A stretch of 58,313 bases of DNA, from the NCBI GenBank assembly GCA_041484845.1, contig JBGPIK010000002.1, positions 1-58,313 of the forward strand, in the 5' to 3' direction. Position 1 is the stretch's first letter; every line of letters begins with the position of its first letter. The notes beneath the pieces were generated by a model. That model saw only the letters and a list, made by a program, of their open reading frames with translations. It did not search any database and was not told the DNA's origin. This document shows, piece after piece, positions 42,125 through 50,843 of this stretch. The position numbers and the translations under genes are program-made. The DNA is from Candidatus Binatia bacterium. Its GTDB lineage: Bacteria; Desulfobacterota; Binatia; UBA9968.

Positions 42125-45100
42125 ATGAACATATCCGGGCTGTTTATTCGCAGGCCGATTACGACCACGCTGGTGATGCTGGGTATTCTCATGTTCGGCA
42201 TCATGGCTTACAGGTCGCTTGCCGTCAGCGACCTGCCGACCGTTGACTTTCCCACCATTACCGTAAGCGCCAACTTGCCGGGCGCCAGTCCCGATACCAT
42301 GGCGTCATCGGTGGCGACGCCGCTAGAAAAAAACTTCTCGACCATAGCCGGCCTCGATTCAATGAGTTCGCAGAGTAGTTTGGGGCGGACTCAGATCACG
42401 TTGCAGTTTAGCTTGAGTCGAGACATCGATGCCGCCGCTCAAGACGTTCAGGCTCAGATCGCGCGCACGGCGCGCGATCTGCCGCCGAATATGCCAAGCC
42501 CTCCCTCTTATCGCAAAGTCAATCCGGCGAACAATTCGATATTGCTGTTGTCGTTGACCTCCGAAACGCTGCCTTTGTCGACGGTTGATGAATACGCGGA
42601 AACCATTTTGGCGCAGCGAATCTCAATGGTGAGCGGCGTTGCCCAAGTCGATGTGTTCGGATCCCAGAAATACGCCGTGCGGATACAGCTGGACCCGAAC
42701 AAGCTTGCGGCACGGCAGATCGGTATCGACGACGTAGTTAACGCAGTCCAGCGCGGCAACGTCGACCTGCCGGTGGGCATCTTAAACGCTCCCAACCGCG
42801 CTTACACTTTGGTTTCGGACGGGCAGCTCACTAATGCCGCGGGTTATAACTCGATGGTGGTGACCTACCGCAATGGCGCGCCCGTGCGTATTCAAGACAT
42901 CGGCGCGGCTGTGGATAGCGTGGAGAACCCCAGGATCGGCAGCTGGTTCAATAATAAAAGGGCCGTTGTCCTGGGAGTCCAGCGGCAGCCCGGGGCCAAT
43001 GTCGTCGAAGTTGTCGACGCCATCAAGGCGGTTCTTCCCTCCCTCCGCAGCCAAATTCCACAATCGATCAAACTGGAGGTGTTCTTCGACCGCACCGAGT
43101 CGATTCGGAAATCCGTGCACGACGTTCAGTTAACGCTGATCGGAACCATCGTTCTCGTTGTCCTGGTCATCTTTTTGTTCCTGCGCAATATTTCCGCGAC
43201 GGTGATTCCCAGCCTGGCGTTACCCATGTCGATCGTCGGCACCTTTGCCGTCATGTATCTGCTCAACTACAGCATGGATAATCTTTCGCTCATGGCGTTG
43301 ACCCTTGCCGTCGGTTTTGTCGTCGATGACGCCATCGTCGTGCTCGAAAATATCGTGCGCCACATGGAGGAAGGAGAGCTTCCTTACGATGCGGCGGTCA
43401 ACGGCGCTAAGGAGATTGGCTTTACGATCGTGTCTATGACGATCTCACTAGTGGCGGCTTTTATTCCGGTTCTGTTCATGAGCGGCATGCTCGGCAGGCT
43501 GCTGCGCGAGTTTGCGGTGACCATCTGCGTGGCGATTCTGGTTTCCGGATTTATTTCATTAACTTTGACTCCGATGCTTTGTAGCCGTTATCTCCGGCCG
43601 CCGGCCAGCGAGAAACACGGGCGGCTTTACAAGTTTCTCGGACGCTGCCTGGACGGGATGAACCGCGGCTATGACATTACACTCCAGTGGGTCATTAGAC
43701 ATCACGTGACGACAATGGCGGCCTCGCTGGTGGTATTGCTGGCTACCATCTATTTTTTCGGCCTGGTGCCCAAGGGCTTTATCCCAAGCGAGGACATCGA
43801 CCAGGTTTTGATTAACACCGAAGGCGCGCAGGGCGTCGCCTATGAACAGATGGTGAAATACCAGCAGCAGTTAGCCGATATCGTGGCCAAAGACCCAAAC
43901 GTCGAATCGTTCTACTCCGCCGTTGGTGTCGGTGGGGTGGGGCTGACGGGTAATACGGGGCGTATCTTTATGAAACTCAAGCCGCGGTCGGATCGGCCCC
44001 TAAGCGCAGACGGGATGATCCGCGAATTACGGCCAAAGCTGGCGCGCGTTCCCGGCGTTCGTGTGTCGCTCCAGAACCCGCCCGTGATCCGCGTTGGCGG
44101 CCGCCTCAGCCGCAGTTTGTACCAATTTACCTTACAGAGTCCCGACGCCTCAGAACTCTACCGTAGCGCCGCCCTCTTCGAGCAAAAGTTAAGCGCAAAT
44201 CCTGACTTCACCGACGTGGGAAGTGACTTACAGCTCAAGAATCCTCAGCTGAAAGTCGTGATCGACCGGGATAAGATGGCAACCATGGGGATAACCGCTC
44301 AAGGTATTTCGCCGCGCCAGGTAGAAGAGGCTTTTTGGAATGCCTACGCGACACGGCAGATTTCGACCATTAACACGCCGAACAATCAATATCAGGTGGT
44401 CTTAGAGCTCGATCCGAAGTTTCAAAATGACCCATCGGCGCTGTCGATGTTGTATATACGCTCCACGAGCGCGCAAGCCGCTACCGCCCAACCGATGGTT
44501 CCGTTGGGTGCCCTGGCAACGCTTCAGTACACCGTCGGTCCGCTGTCGGTCAATCATTCTGGGCAACTGCCGTCGGCGACGATATCTTTTAATCTCCGCG
44601 ACGGCGTGGCGTTGGGAGATGCCGTCGAGACAATCAATAACCTCGCGCGTGAGACATTGCCTGCGTCCATCAGCACGAGCTTCCAAGGCGCGGCTCAGGA
44701 GTTTCAATCTTCCGTCAAGAGCCTGTGGGTTTTGCTGGCTCTAGCGGTTTTTGTCGTTTATCTCGTTCTTGGTATCCTTTACGAGAGCTTCATCCATCCA
44801 CTCACGATACTTTCCGGTCTGCCTTCCGCGGGCTTGGGCGCGTTGATCGCGCTTTATTATTTTCACATGGACTTGAGCATTTATGCATTTGTCGGCTTGA
44901 TCATGCTTGTCGGTATAGTGAAAAAGAACGCGATCATGATGATCGACTTCGCCCTCGAAGGGCAACGCAATGAAGGTAAGAGCCCGGCGCAGGCGATTTA
45001 TGAAGGCGCTTTGGTGCGCTTCCGACCGATCATGATGACGACGATGGCGGCGATCGTTGGCGCGATACCGATTGCTCTTGGCTTGGGGGCCGGCGCCGAG

Positions 45101-45331
45101 GCACGTCAACCCCTGGGTATTGCCGTTGTCGGCGGACTCCTAGTCTCTCAAGTGCTCACGCTCTATATTACTCCGGTAGTTTATATCTATCTGGAAAAGT
45201 TCCAGGCGCAGATGATCGCCTTGCCCTCGAGAATTCGTGGTTTGGGCCGAGGTCGCTCGGTCGCGAGAGAAGAGCCGGTGATGAGTCCTAAGCTGACGGT
45301 GGAAAATCCCGAGTTGCACAAAATTCCGTAG
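42125..45331 (+). CDS. HAE1-type RND efflux permease (AcrB/MexB-like)
   Basis: 1068 aa. The N-terminus MNISGLFIRRPITTTLVMLGILMFGIMAY...LPTVDFPTITVSANLPGASP is a canonical AcrB-family start, and the protein has the 12-TM architecture. Confidence 0.9.
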   Translation: MNISGLFIRRPITTTLVMLGILMFGIMAYRSLAVSDLPTVDFPTITVSANLPGASPDTMASSVATPLEKNFSTIAGLDSMSSQSSLGRTQITLQFSLSRDIDAAAQDVQAQIARTARDLPPNMPSPPSYRKVNPANNSILLLSLTSETLPLSTVDEYAETILAQRISMVSGVAQVDVFGSQKYAVRIQLDPNKLAARQIGIDDVVNAVQRGNVDLPVGILNAPNRAYTLVSDGQLTNAAGYNSMVVTYRNGAPVRIQDIGAAVDSVENPRIGSWFNNKRAVVLGVQRQPGANVVEVVDAIKAVLPSLRSQIPQSIKLEVFFDRTESIRKSVHDVQLTLIGTIVLVVLVIFLFLRNISATVIPSLALPMSIVGTFAVMYLLNYSMDNLSLMALTLAVGFVVDDAIVVLENIVRHMEEGELPYDAAVNGAKEIGFTIVSMTISLVAAFIPVLFMSGMLGRLLREFAVTICVAILVSGFISLTLTPMLCSRYLRPPASEKHGRLYKFLGRCLDGMNRGYDITLQWVIRHHVTTMAASLVVLLATIYFFGLVPKGFIPSEDIDQVLINTEGAQGVAYEQMVKYQQQLADIVAKDPNVESFYSAVGVGGVGLTGNTGRIFMKLKPRSDRPLSADGMIRELRPKLARVPGVRVSLQNPPVIRVGGRLSRSLYQFTLQSPDASELYRSAALFEQKLSANPDFTDVGSDLQLKNPQLKVVIDRDKMATMGITAQGISPRQVEEAFWNAYATRQISTINTPNNQYQVVLELDPKFQNDPSALSMLYIRSTSAQAATAQPMVPLGALATLQYTVGPLSVNHSGQLPSATISFNLRDGVALGDAVETINNLARETLPASISTSFQGAAQEFQSSVKSLWVLLALAVFVVYLVLGILYESFIHPLTILSGLPSAGLGALIALYYFHMDLSIYAFVGLIMLVGIVKKNAIMMIDFALEGQRNEGKSPAQAIYEGALVRFRPIMMTTMAAIVGAIPIALGLGAGAEARQPLGIAVVGGLLVSQVLTLYITPVVYIYLEKFQAQMIALPSRIRGLGRGRSVAREEPVMSPKLTVENPELHKIP

Positions 45332-45366
45332 CGCCTTCAAGCTCACCCGATATTTGTTCCGGGCTC

Positions 45367-45404
45367 AAGGGGCCGAGGGTTTCATTTGAAACTCATCGCC
45401 CCTT
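45367..45404 (+). terminator. Composite hairpin (possible attenuator or terminator) between the RND permease and the second adaptor gene
   Basis: AAGGGGC (45367-45373) pairs with GCCCCTT (45398-45404), enclosing an inner GTTTCA-TT-TGAAAC hairpin. It is followed by TG CGC ATTTAT, so only a short T-tract. Confidence 0.3.
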
Positions 45405-45440
45405 TGCGCATTTATAGCACCGGCAGCAACCCATGTTAGA

Positions 45441-46574
45441 ATGGTTAAAATGAAAAAATATTGGCCGATCGCTCTCGCGTCGATCGCGGTGGGCGCTGCA
45501 ATCGGTTACGGCATGTGGACTCAAAGGTTCGTCGGCCGCTTTGCCGCAGAAGAGGAGATTCGAGTCAAAGTCGCAGCCGCAAAGAAAATCAAATCACCGG
45601 GGGTTATCGAAACAGTGGGTCAACTTCAGGCCGGCAGAGAAACGGATGTGATTTCGCTTCTCCCCGGCGTTCTGAAGGATGTTCGCGTTAAAATCGGTGA
45701 CGCCGTAAAAACGGGAGAAGTAGTGGCGCTGCTTCAAGCGACGGAACTCATTGAACGCGGGCGCATGAACGAGATCGCGGTCAAAGCGGCTGCCGCCGAT
45801 CTGCAGGACGTGAGGAGCCAGCTTGAGAATACCGAGAAAAAGCTCGCCATGACTCGCGATGCATACCGTAAAGATCTCATAGCTCGACGGGACATGGAAG
45901 AGATGGAAATGCTGGCCGACACTGCCCAGGCTGAAAAAGAACGGGCTCAGGCCCGGCTGGCGCAAGGGGAGGCCGCGTTGGCGCAGACGCGTTATCTACT
46001 AAGCCTAACCCGGATCGTGGCGCCTGTGACCGGAGTCGTTACGGGTCGAATTGCGGAGCCCGGCGCGTCGGTTGCGGCTTCTGCGGTTATAATGTCAGTT
46101 GCCGACCCAGCGATTATGCGTGTCGTGATTAAATTACCGGCGGCCGAAGCGCGCCTGGTGCATCCTGGCGGTGGGGTGACAGTTCGCGTTCCGGCTTTGC
46201 CGGGAAAAGTTTTCGACGGGTCCGTGTCTCACATCAAAATGGCCGTGGAAGGCGAGGGCAATACATCGACAGCGGAAATCGAACTGCGCAATACCGACGG
46301 CGCGCTCAAGCCCGCTATGGAAGCTCTCATTTCCATGCCGCTTGACGAAGAACGCGAGCTAATTATGATTCCGTATGCGGCGGTATTCGAACTCCAGGAG
46401 AAGCATTGCGTCTACGTGATCGAAGATCAAAGGGCAAGGCTAAGGAGCGTTACGACGGGAGCACAAAAATCAGGCGACATCGTCGTTACTACTAATTTGG
46501 CAGAGGGGGAGAAGGTTGCAGTAACGGGGCAGAGTAAACTTCGGACCGGTAGTTATGTTCGCATCGTTGAATAA
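45441..46574 (+). CDS. RND efflux periplasmic adaptor (MFP/HlyD family), copy 2
   Basis: 377 aa with an N-terminal TM anchor, a long alpha-hairpin (…LQDVRSQLENTEKKLAMTRDAY...AQAEKERAQARLAQGEAALAQ) and APVTGVVTG. The start could be ATG 45441 or 45450. Confidence 0.8.
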   Translation: MVKMKKYWPIALASIAVGAAIGYGMWTQRFVGRFAAEEEIRVKVAAAKKIKSPGVIETVGQLQAGRETDVISLLPGVLKDVRVKIGDAVKTGEVVALLQATELIERGRMNEIAVKAAAADLQDVRSQLENTEKKLAMTRDAYRKDLIARRDMEEMEMLADTAQAEKERAQARLAQGEAALAQTRYLLSLTRIVAPVTGVVTGRIAEPGASVAASAVIMSVADPAIMRVVIKLPAAEARLVHPGGGVTVRVPALPGKVFDGSVSHIKMAVEGEGNTSTAEIELRNTDGALKPAMEALISMPLDEERELIMIPYAAVFELQEKHCVYVIEDQRARLRSVTTGAQKSGDIVVTTNLAEGEKVAVTGQSKLRTGSYVRIVE

Positions 46575-46657
46575 TGGCTGCTGAGAGCAGCGCAAGGCAC
46601 GGCACGCAACCGTACCGCAGCGTGGACTCAGGGTCCCGTAGTCCAGTTAGCTTTTAG

Positions 46658-48610
46658 TTACCACTGAAACGGATTTAAAAGTTTGCTGAGGCTTTCCGCA
46701 TCCTCTCTCAGCCTATCGAAGACGCCCTTGTTTTCTTCGTCGCCGAACGTGGGCGTGCCTTTTATCTCACTCGATTTGGCAACTGCCGTTGCCACAGGTT
46801 GCGAAGGTCCTTTAATGAGCGCTTTTGGGACTTCTCGCACTCCTGAATCTTCCGGTTTGTCGCCCGGGGCCTTTTTATCCTGCTCGGTCGCTTCTGGACC
46901 TGAAGTCGCTTTGTCTTGTGTTGGAACCTCTGCCGGCGAGAGGAACAACGGCCCCTTTTCAATAGCTACTTTGGGTTCCAATTCCACTTTTTGCGTGGCT
47001 TCGGGCTTGCGCGCGCTGGGTTGAGCAGTAGCTTGGGAAACAGGCGGAGCAATAAACTTTGCCGGCTCCACTCCCTGCGATTGGAGTTTTTGATCGATAG
47101 CGCCCAATAATCCACTGCCGGTAGCGGTTTGTGTCGGTTCGGGCGTGGCGTTCGCCTTTGCCGCAGCCCGCGCCTGCGCGGCTGCTATATCTTTGAATAT
47201 CTGACCGGCTTCGGGAGTCGCGGGGACGGCCTCGGCAGCCTTACCGTCCTTTTTCAGACCTGAATCAATCCGACCGAGCAGTTCCGATGTGTCGGAAGGC
47301 GCAGGAGGAGGTTCGTCGACTTTCGGCAGGTCGATAGGCGGCGGGGTCAAAGCCGCCGTTTGCACCGCCGCGTCGACTCCCTTTGCCCTCAAAGAATCAT
47401 CGATCCGCTGCACCAATTGAACGTTGTTCGCGCCGTCGATGGGCTTTTTCGGCTGCGGCTCTTTGCCAGCAAACGGATTGAGCCCGTGCCAGATGCTGGC
47501 GAGAACGCCGGGCGACTCTTGCTTGTTCTCGGCCGCTTTCCTCTTGGCCAGCTGTTCTATGGTCGTATCGTTCGAATTGCTTTTCTGTGCCACGGTGTTT
47601 TTATCGCTGTCGGAGGACGAAAATGGATTGATTTTGTCGACGACGCGGCGAAACATGCCCTTTTCCGATCCCGGTTCTTCATAGACCATTTCGGTCTTGG
47701 CGACGAGATTCTCGGCTTCTTTAGGCTTGCCGGTTTTAGTGTCGCTGTTTTCCTGGGCCACGGCTATGCTCGGCCGGCGGTCACGCATGAGCAGCATCGC
47801 GAGCGGATCTTGTTTTTCTTTTTCAATTTGGGCGAGCTGAGATTTGGCTTGGGGGGTAAACGAATTATCCGGGTAATGCTGGATCAAAGCTTCGTAAGCC
47901 AACGCAGCCTTGACGTTGTTCTTTTCTTTCCTGTAGCTCTCGCCCAAGAAAAACAAGCTCTTTGCCGCGGCGGCCGTTCCTCGATATCGCCGTACGATCT
48001 CTTCGAAACGGTCACGGGCCGCAGGATACTTTTCTTGCTGGAGATAAAATTGCGCAATATTAAAATCATGTTCGGCAAGATAGCCGTTGCACTTGGCGAG
48101 CTTCTCTTTCGCGTCCGCGACGTACGGTGATTTGGGATATTTTGCCAGAACCCCTTCGAAATAACCTTTGGCGATTTCCGTGTTCTTCTGATCCCGGTCG
48201 GTGGTCGTGAACTGATCGAAGTAGGACTGCCCGAGTCGATAGGTCACAAATGCTATATTTTCATTACTCGGATGCATCGACTCAAATTCTTTGAAAGCAT
48301 TGATCGCTTCCGGAAACTGCTCATTGAGATAATAAGCGTCGGCGAGTTGCAGTTCAGTTTGCGTGAGTAGGGGACTGAACGGGTAATCGCTTTTAATCTT
48401 GGTGAAATTATCGATCGCGCGCGTGTATCTCTTATCTTTGAAATAGCGCATGCCTTCGTCGAAAAGCGCCTCGGCCGTCGGATCCGGCTTCTTCACGGAA
48501 CTGGACCATGGAAGAGATGGCAACGAAGGCAAAGAAGGAAGTGGAATTGATGAGCAGCCCGCCACCCACAAACCGCACCCCAGCCAAAGCAGCATGGATT
48601 TTAACTTCAT
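46658..48610 (-). CDS. bamD: BamD (YfiO) outer-membrane protein assembly lipoprotein with a ~380-aa low-complexity C-terminal extension
   Basis: Lipobox LWVAGC, and a TPR region matching BamD (ALFDEGMRYFKDKRYTRAIDNFTKIKSDYPFSP...YVADAKEKLAKCNGYLAEHDFNIAQFY). From about residue 270 the protein is A/P/K/E/Q-rich. Confidence 0.8.
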   Translation of the reverse strand: MKLKSMLLWLGCGLWVAGCSSIPLPSLPSLPSLPWSSSVKKPDPTAEALFDEGMRYFKDKRYTRAIDNFTKIKSDYPFSPLLTQTELQLADAYYLNEQFPEAINAFKEFESMHPSNENIAFVTYRLGQSYFDQFTTTDRDQKNTEIAKGYFEGVLAKYPKSPYVADAKEKLAKCNGYLAEHDFNIAQFYLQQEKYPAARDRFEEIVRRYRGTAAAAKSLFFLGESYRKEKNNVKAALAYEALIQHYPDNSFTPQAKSQLAQIEKEKQDPLAMLLMRDRRPSIAVAQENSDTKTGKPKEAENLVAKTEMVYEEPGSEKGMFRRVVDKINPFSSSDSDKNTVAQKSNSNDTTIEQLAKRKAAENKQESPGVLASIWHGLNPFAGKEPQPKKPIDGANNVQLVQRIDDSLRAKGVDAAVQTAALTPPPIDLPKVDEPPPAPSDTSELLGRIDSGLKKDGKAAEAVPATPEAGQIFKDIAAAQARAAAKANATPEPTQTATGSGLLGAIDQKLQSQGVEPAKFIAPPVSQATAQPSARKPEATQKVELEPKVAIEKGPLFLSPAEVPTQDKATSGPEATEQDKKAPGDKPEDSGVREVPKALIKGPSQPVATAVAKSSEIKGTPTFGDEENKGVFDRLREDAESLSKLLNPFQW

Positions 48611-48747
48611 AATGGGTACCTAACTTCGGTGATTTAAGCGGATAATATACTTTTACCCACACGAGTCAAGACAAATATGCGGGTCATTGCAGAGGAGCGG
48701 CCTCGGGAATAATGGGCCGGACTCGAGCCGGAATTCAATCCGCCGCA

Positions 48748-49491
48748 TCAGTCGATTGGCTTGTGCGTGGCAATAGCGGATTGTATCGACGGTTTTCGGT
48801 ATAACGTAAACAATTCGCGGACAATCGTCGCAGCGTCGTTTAAAGGGCGCACCTTGCTACCCGGTGCGTTTGTCCAATGCACAGGGATTTCTTTGATTGC
48901 ATAACCGAGACCCATCGCGATGATTAAGATCTCAACGTCGAAGGAAAACGTATCGATGGTCGCGCGCGCGAAAATCTCTCTCGCCGCGGCTTTGGTAAAA
49001 CACTTGAATCCGCACTGGGTGTCCTTGAAGGGCAATGAGAATAACGCTCTTATGAGCCTGTTGAAACCTCTACCGATCGCCTCTCTGGCCCAACTTTGGC
49101 GGCGCGCGATGATTGAGTTCGGATGTCGCCGGGATGCGATTACGACCGCAAAGCCGCGCGTCAATTCCGCCAGCGCCAAATCGATTTCTTCGACCGGTGT
49201 CGAAAGATCGGCGTCGGTGAAAAGAACGGCATCGCCTTTTGCCATCGTCATTCCCTCGCGGACGGCGAATCCCTTGCCGTGGTTTACGGGCAACGAGCGT
49301 AGCACGATGCGGCTGTTCGTGACGGCCATCTTACGGACCTTTTCCGCGGTGGAGTCCGTCGAGCCGTCGTCGATCACAATAACTTCGTAGTGTAAAAAAT
49401 TTCGCTCGAGATGGGCGGCCAACTTCTCGATCGTAAGCTCGATGCGCGCGTCTTCGTTGTACGCGGGAACGACGACGGATACTGAGTTCAA
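48748..49491 (-). CDS. Family-2 glycosyltransferase (polyprenyl-phosphate sugar-transferase-like)
   Basis: 247 aa with VSVVVPAYNE, VIVIDDGSTD and FTDADLS (DxD), typical of GT2 and dolichyl-phosphate glucosyltransferase-like enzymes. Confidence 0.85.
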   Translation of the reverse strand: MNSVSVVVPAYNEDARIELTIEKLAAHLERNFLHYEVIVIDDGSTDSTAEKVRKMAVTNSRIVLRSLPVNHGKGFAVREGMTMAKGDAVLFTDADLSTPVEEIDLALAELTRGFAVVIASRRHPNSIIARRQSWAREAIGRGFNRLIRALFSLPFKDTQCGFKCFTKAAAREIFARATIDTFSFDVEILIIAMGLGYAIKEIPVHWTNAPGSKVRPLNDAATIVRELFTLYRKPSIQSAIATHKPID

Positions 49492-49582
49492 GTTCGCCCC
49501 TGGTCTAATCGATGCGCTGCATTTTCACGCGTTGGAAGCGGAACGTCGAAGATTCCATCATCCTTTTGTTACTCTATGAATC

Positions 49583-49835
49583 GCTACGGGTTCATTCCCC
49601 GTAGCTTGGTGCGTAATGGCGATTTCTGGTCTTCTCAAAGTCCGTCATTCCCGCATGCTTTTAGCGGGAATCCAGGTGAAACTCTGACCCATTCGACTGG
49701 GGCTCAGGGTCGTGGTGAGCAAAGTCCAACCATGACTGGAGCCCCGATAAAAACATTCGAGGGTGACAACCTTGGTAGAATCTATCATAAAGGATTCTCT
49801 ATTCCCCGCAGCTTGCCGCGGCGTAGTTCATTCGG
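49583..49835. repeat. Cluster of degenerate palindromic (REP/MITE-like) elements
   Basis: Three elements are present. GCTACGGG-TTCATTC-CCCGTAGC lies at 49583-49605. GTCATTCCCGC-N9-GCGGGAATCCAGG lies at 49644-49677. ATTCCCCGCAGCTTGCCGCGGCG lies at 49811-49833. They explain the spurious 119-aa ORF 49576-49935. Confidence 0.65.
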
Positions 49836-49877
49836 CGCCGTCGGCATCGCGGCGCGAGCGCTTTCTGAGTTGTGCAA

Positions 49878-50348
49878 TCACCGCTCGGAGTCTGATTTAA
49901 GGGGCGGCAGAATTTTCAACGTGGCCTGTGTTTGATTCGAACGAAAAATAAACGGCCACACCGGAGGAAAGGCGAGATAGGCTGTGCTCTCCAACGCTGA
50001 GTAAACGGGCTCTCGCGGCGGTCCCTTATCATCGTGAATAATGACTGCATAAACACCCGGCGGCAGGTTGGGAATGCGGAACTGCAAAATCTTATCTTCG
50101 ATCCAGGTGAGCTCTTCGCCGGAAATTCCCTCGCTTTGCGGTTTGGCTCCGAGCAGCTTAAGCTCAGACCATTCCATGACATGACCGGCGATTTCCACTC
50201 GAGGCCAGCCGACGAGATATTCCATTGACAGACTTACCAGAGTGCCCGGTGCGCCTTCGCGCGGTTGCATTTGGGTCACACGCGGCGCGCAGGAGGCGAT
50301 TGCAAGCAAGAACGCGATAGTCAAAATCCGCCGCCCGTTTTGTTTCAT
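49878..50348 (-). CDS. Lipoprotein, possibly with an IPT/TIG-like beta-sandwich
   Basis: 156 aa with lipobox LAIASC. The pattern PREGAPGTLVSLS...VEIAG...FRIPNLPPGVYAVIIHD resembles an IPT/TIG domain. The family call is tentative. Confidence 0.55.
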   Translation of the reverse strand: MKQNGRRILTIAFLLAIASCAPRVTQMQPREGAPGTLVSLSMEYLVGWPRVEIAGHVMEWSELKLLGAKPQSEGISGEELTWIEDKILQFRIPNLPPGVYAVIIHDDKGPPREPVYSALESTAYLAFPPVWPFIFRSNQTQATLKILPPLKSDSER

Positions 50349-50843
50349 GCGTGTAGAAAATACACAAACAACCGGGTACGCACAATGATAGACGATTTAC
50401 AAAATGAGTTGCCGCGTCGGGTGAGAACATCGTATAATTCGGCGACACCTGTATAGATCGGTCTCACTTTGGAGCGGCATGATGACTAGCAACAGATGCA
50501 GGTTTCGAGTTGACGGAGTGCTCTCGAAGTAATGTTAGAACAACGAGAAAAAAGCGCTAAAGCAACCGGTCAATATGGACCGGAACAAATGGACATATGC
50601 GGATGTCTAAAGGCCGGTTTTTGGGCAAAAAACTTATCTTCTAAGACTATTGTCTTAAGTTCATGGCCGTATTTAATGCCAAGCTGCGAAAATTAATACC
50701 TAAGGTCTATTGTTGCCGATAATTAGTTAAAGTAAAAACATTCAAGCGCATTACGCCCGGTTCCAAAGGCTTATACGCGAGTGCAGTAGTGGGGGGCGTA
50801 AAGCGATATTAAAGAAAGAAGGAATTCGTTGAAGGAGGCGCAG

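Noticed and set aside
47360-48130. 256-aa plus-strand ORF
   Set aside because: It is antisense to bamD. Its composition is low-complexity and Arg/Phe/Leu-rich, and it has no start context.
49576-49935. 119-aa ORF (MNRYGFIPRSLVRNG...SFPHAFSGNPG...)
   Set aside because: Its sequence is the translation of palindromic repeat elements (IPRSL and SFP..SGNPG signatures), and it overlaps the 3' end of the lipoprotein gene on the other strand.
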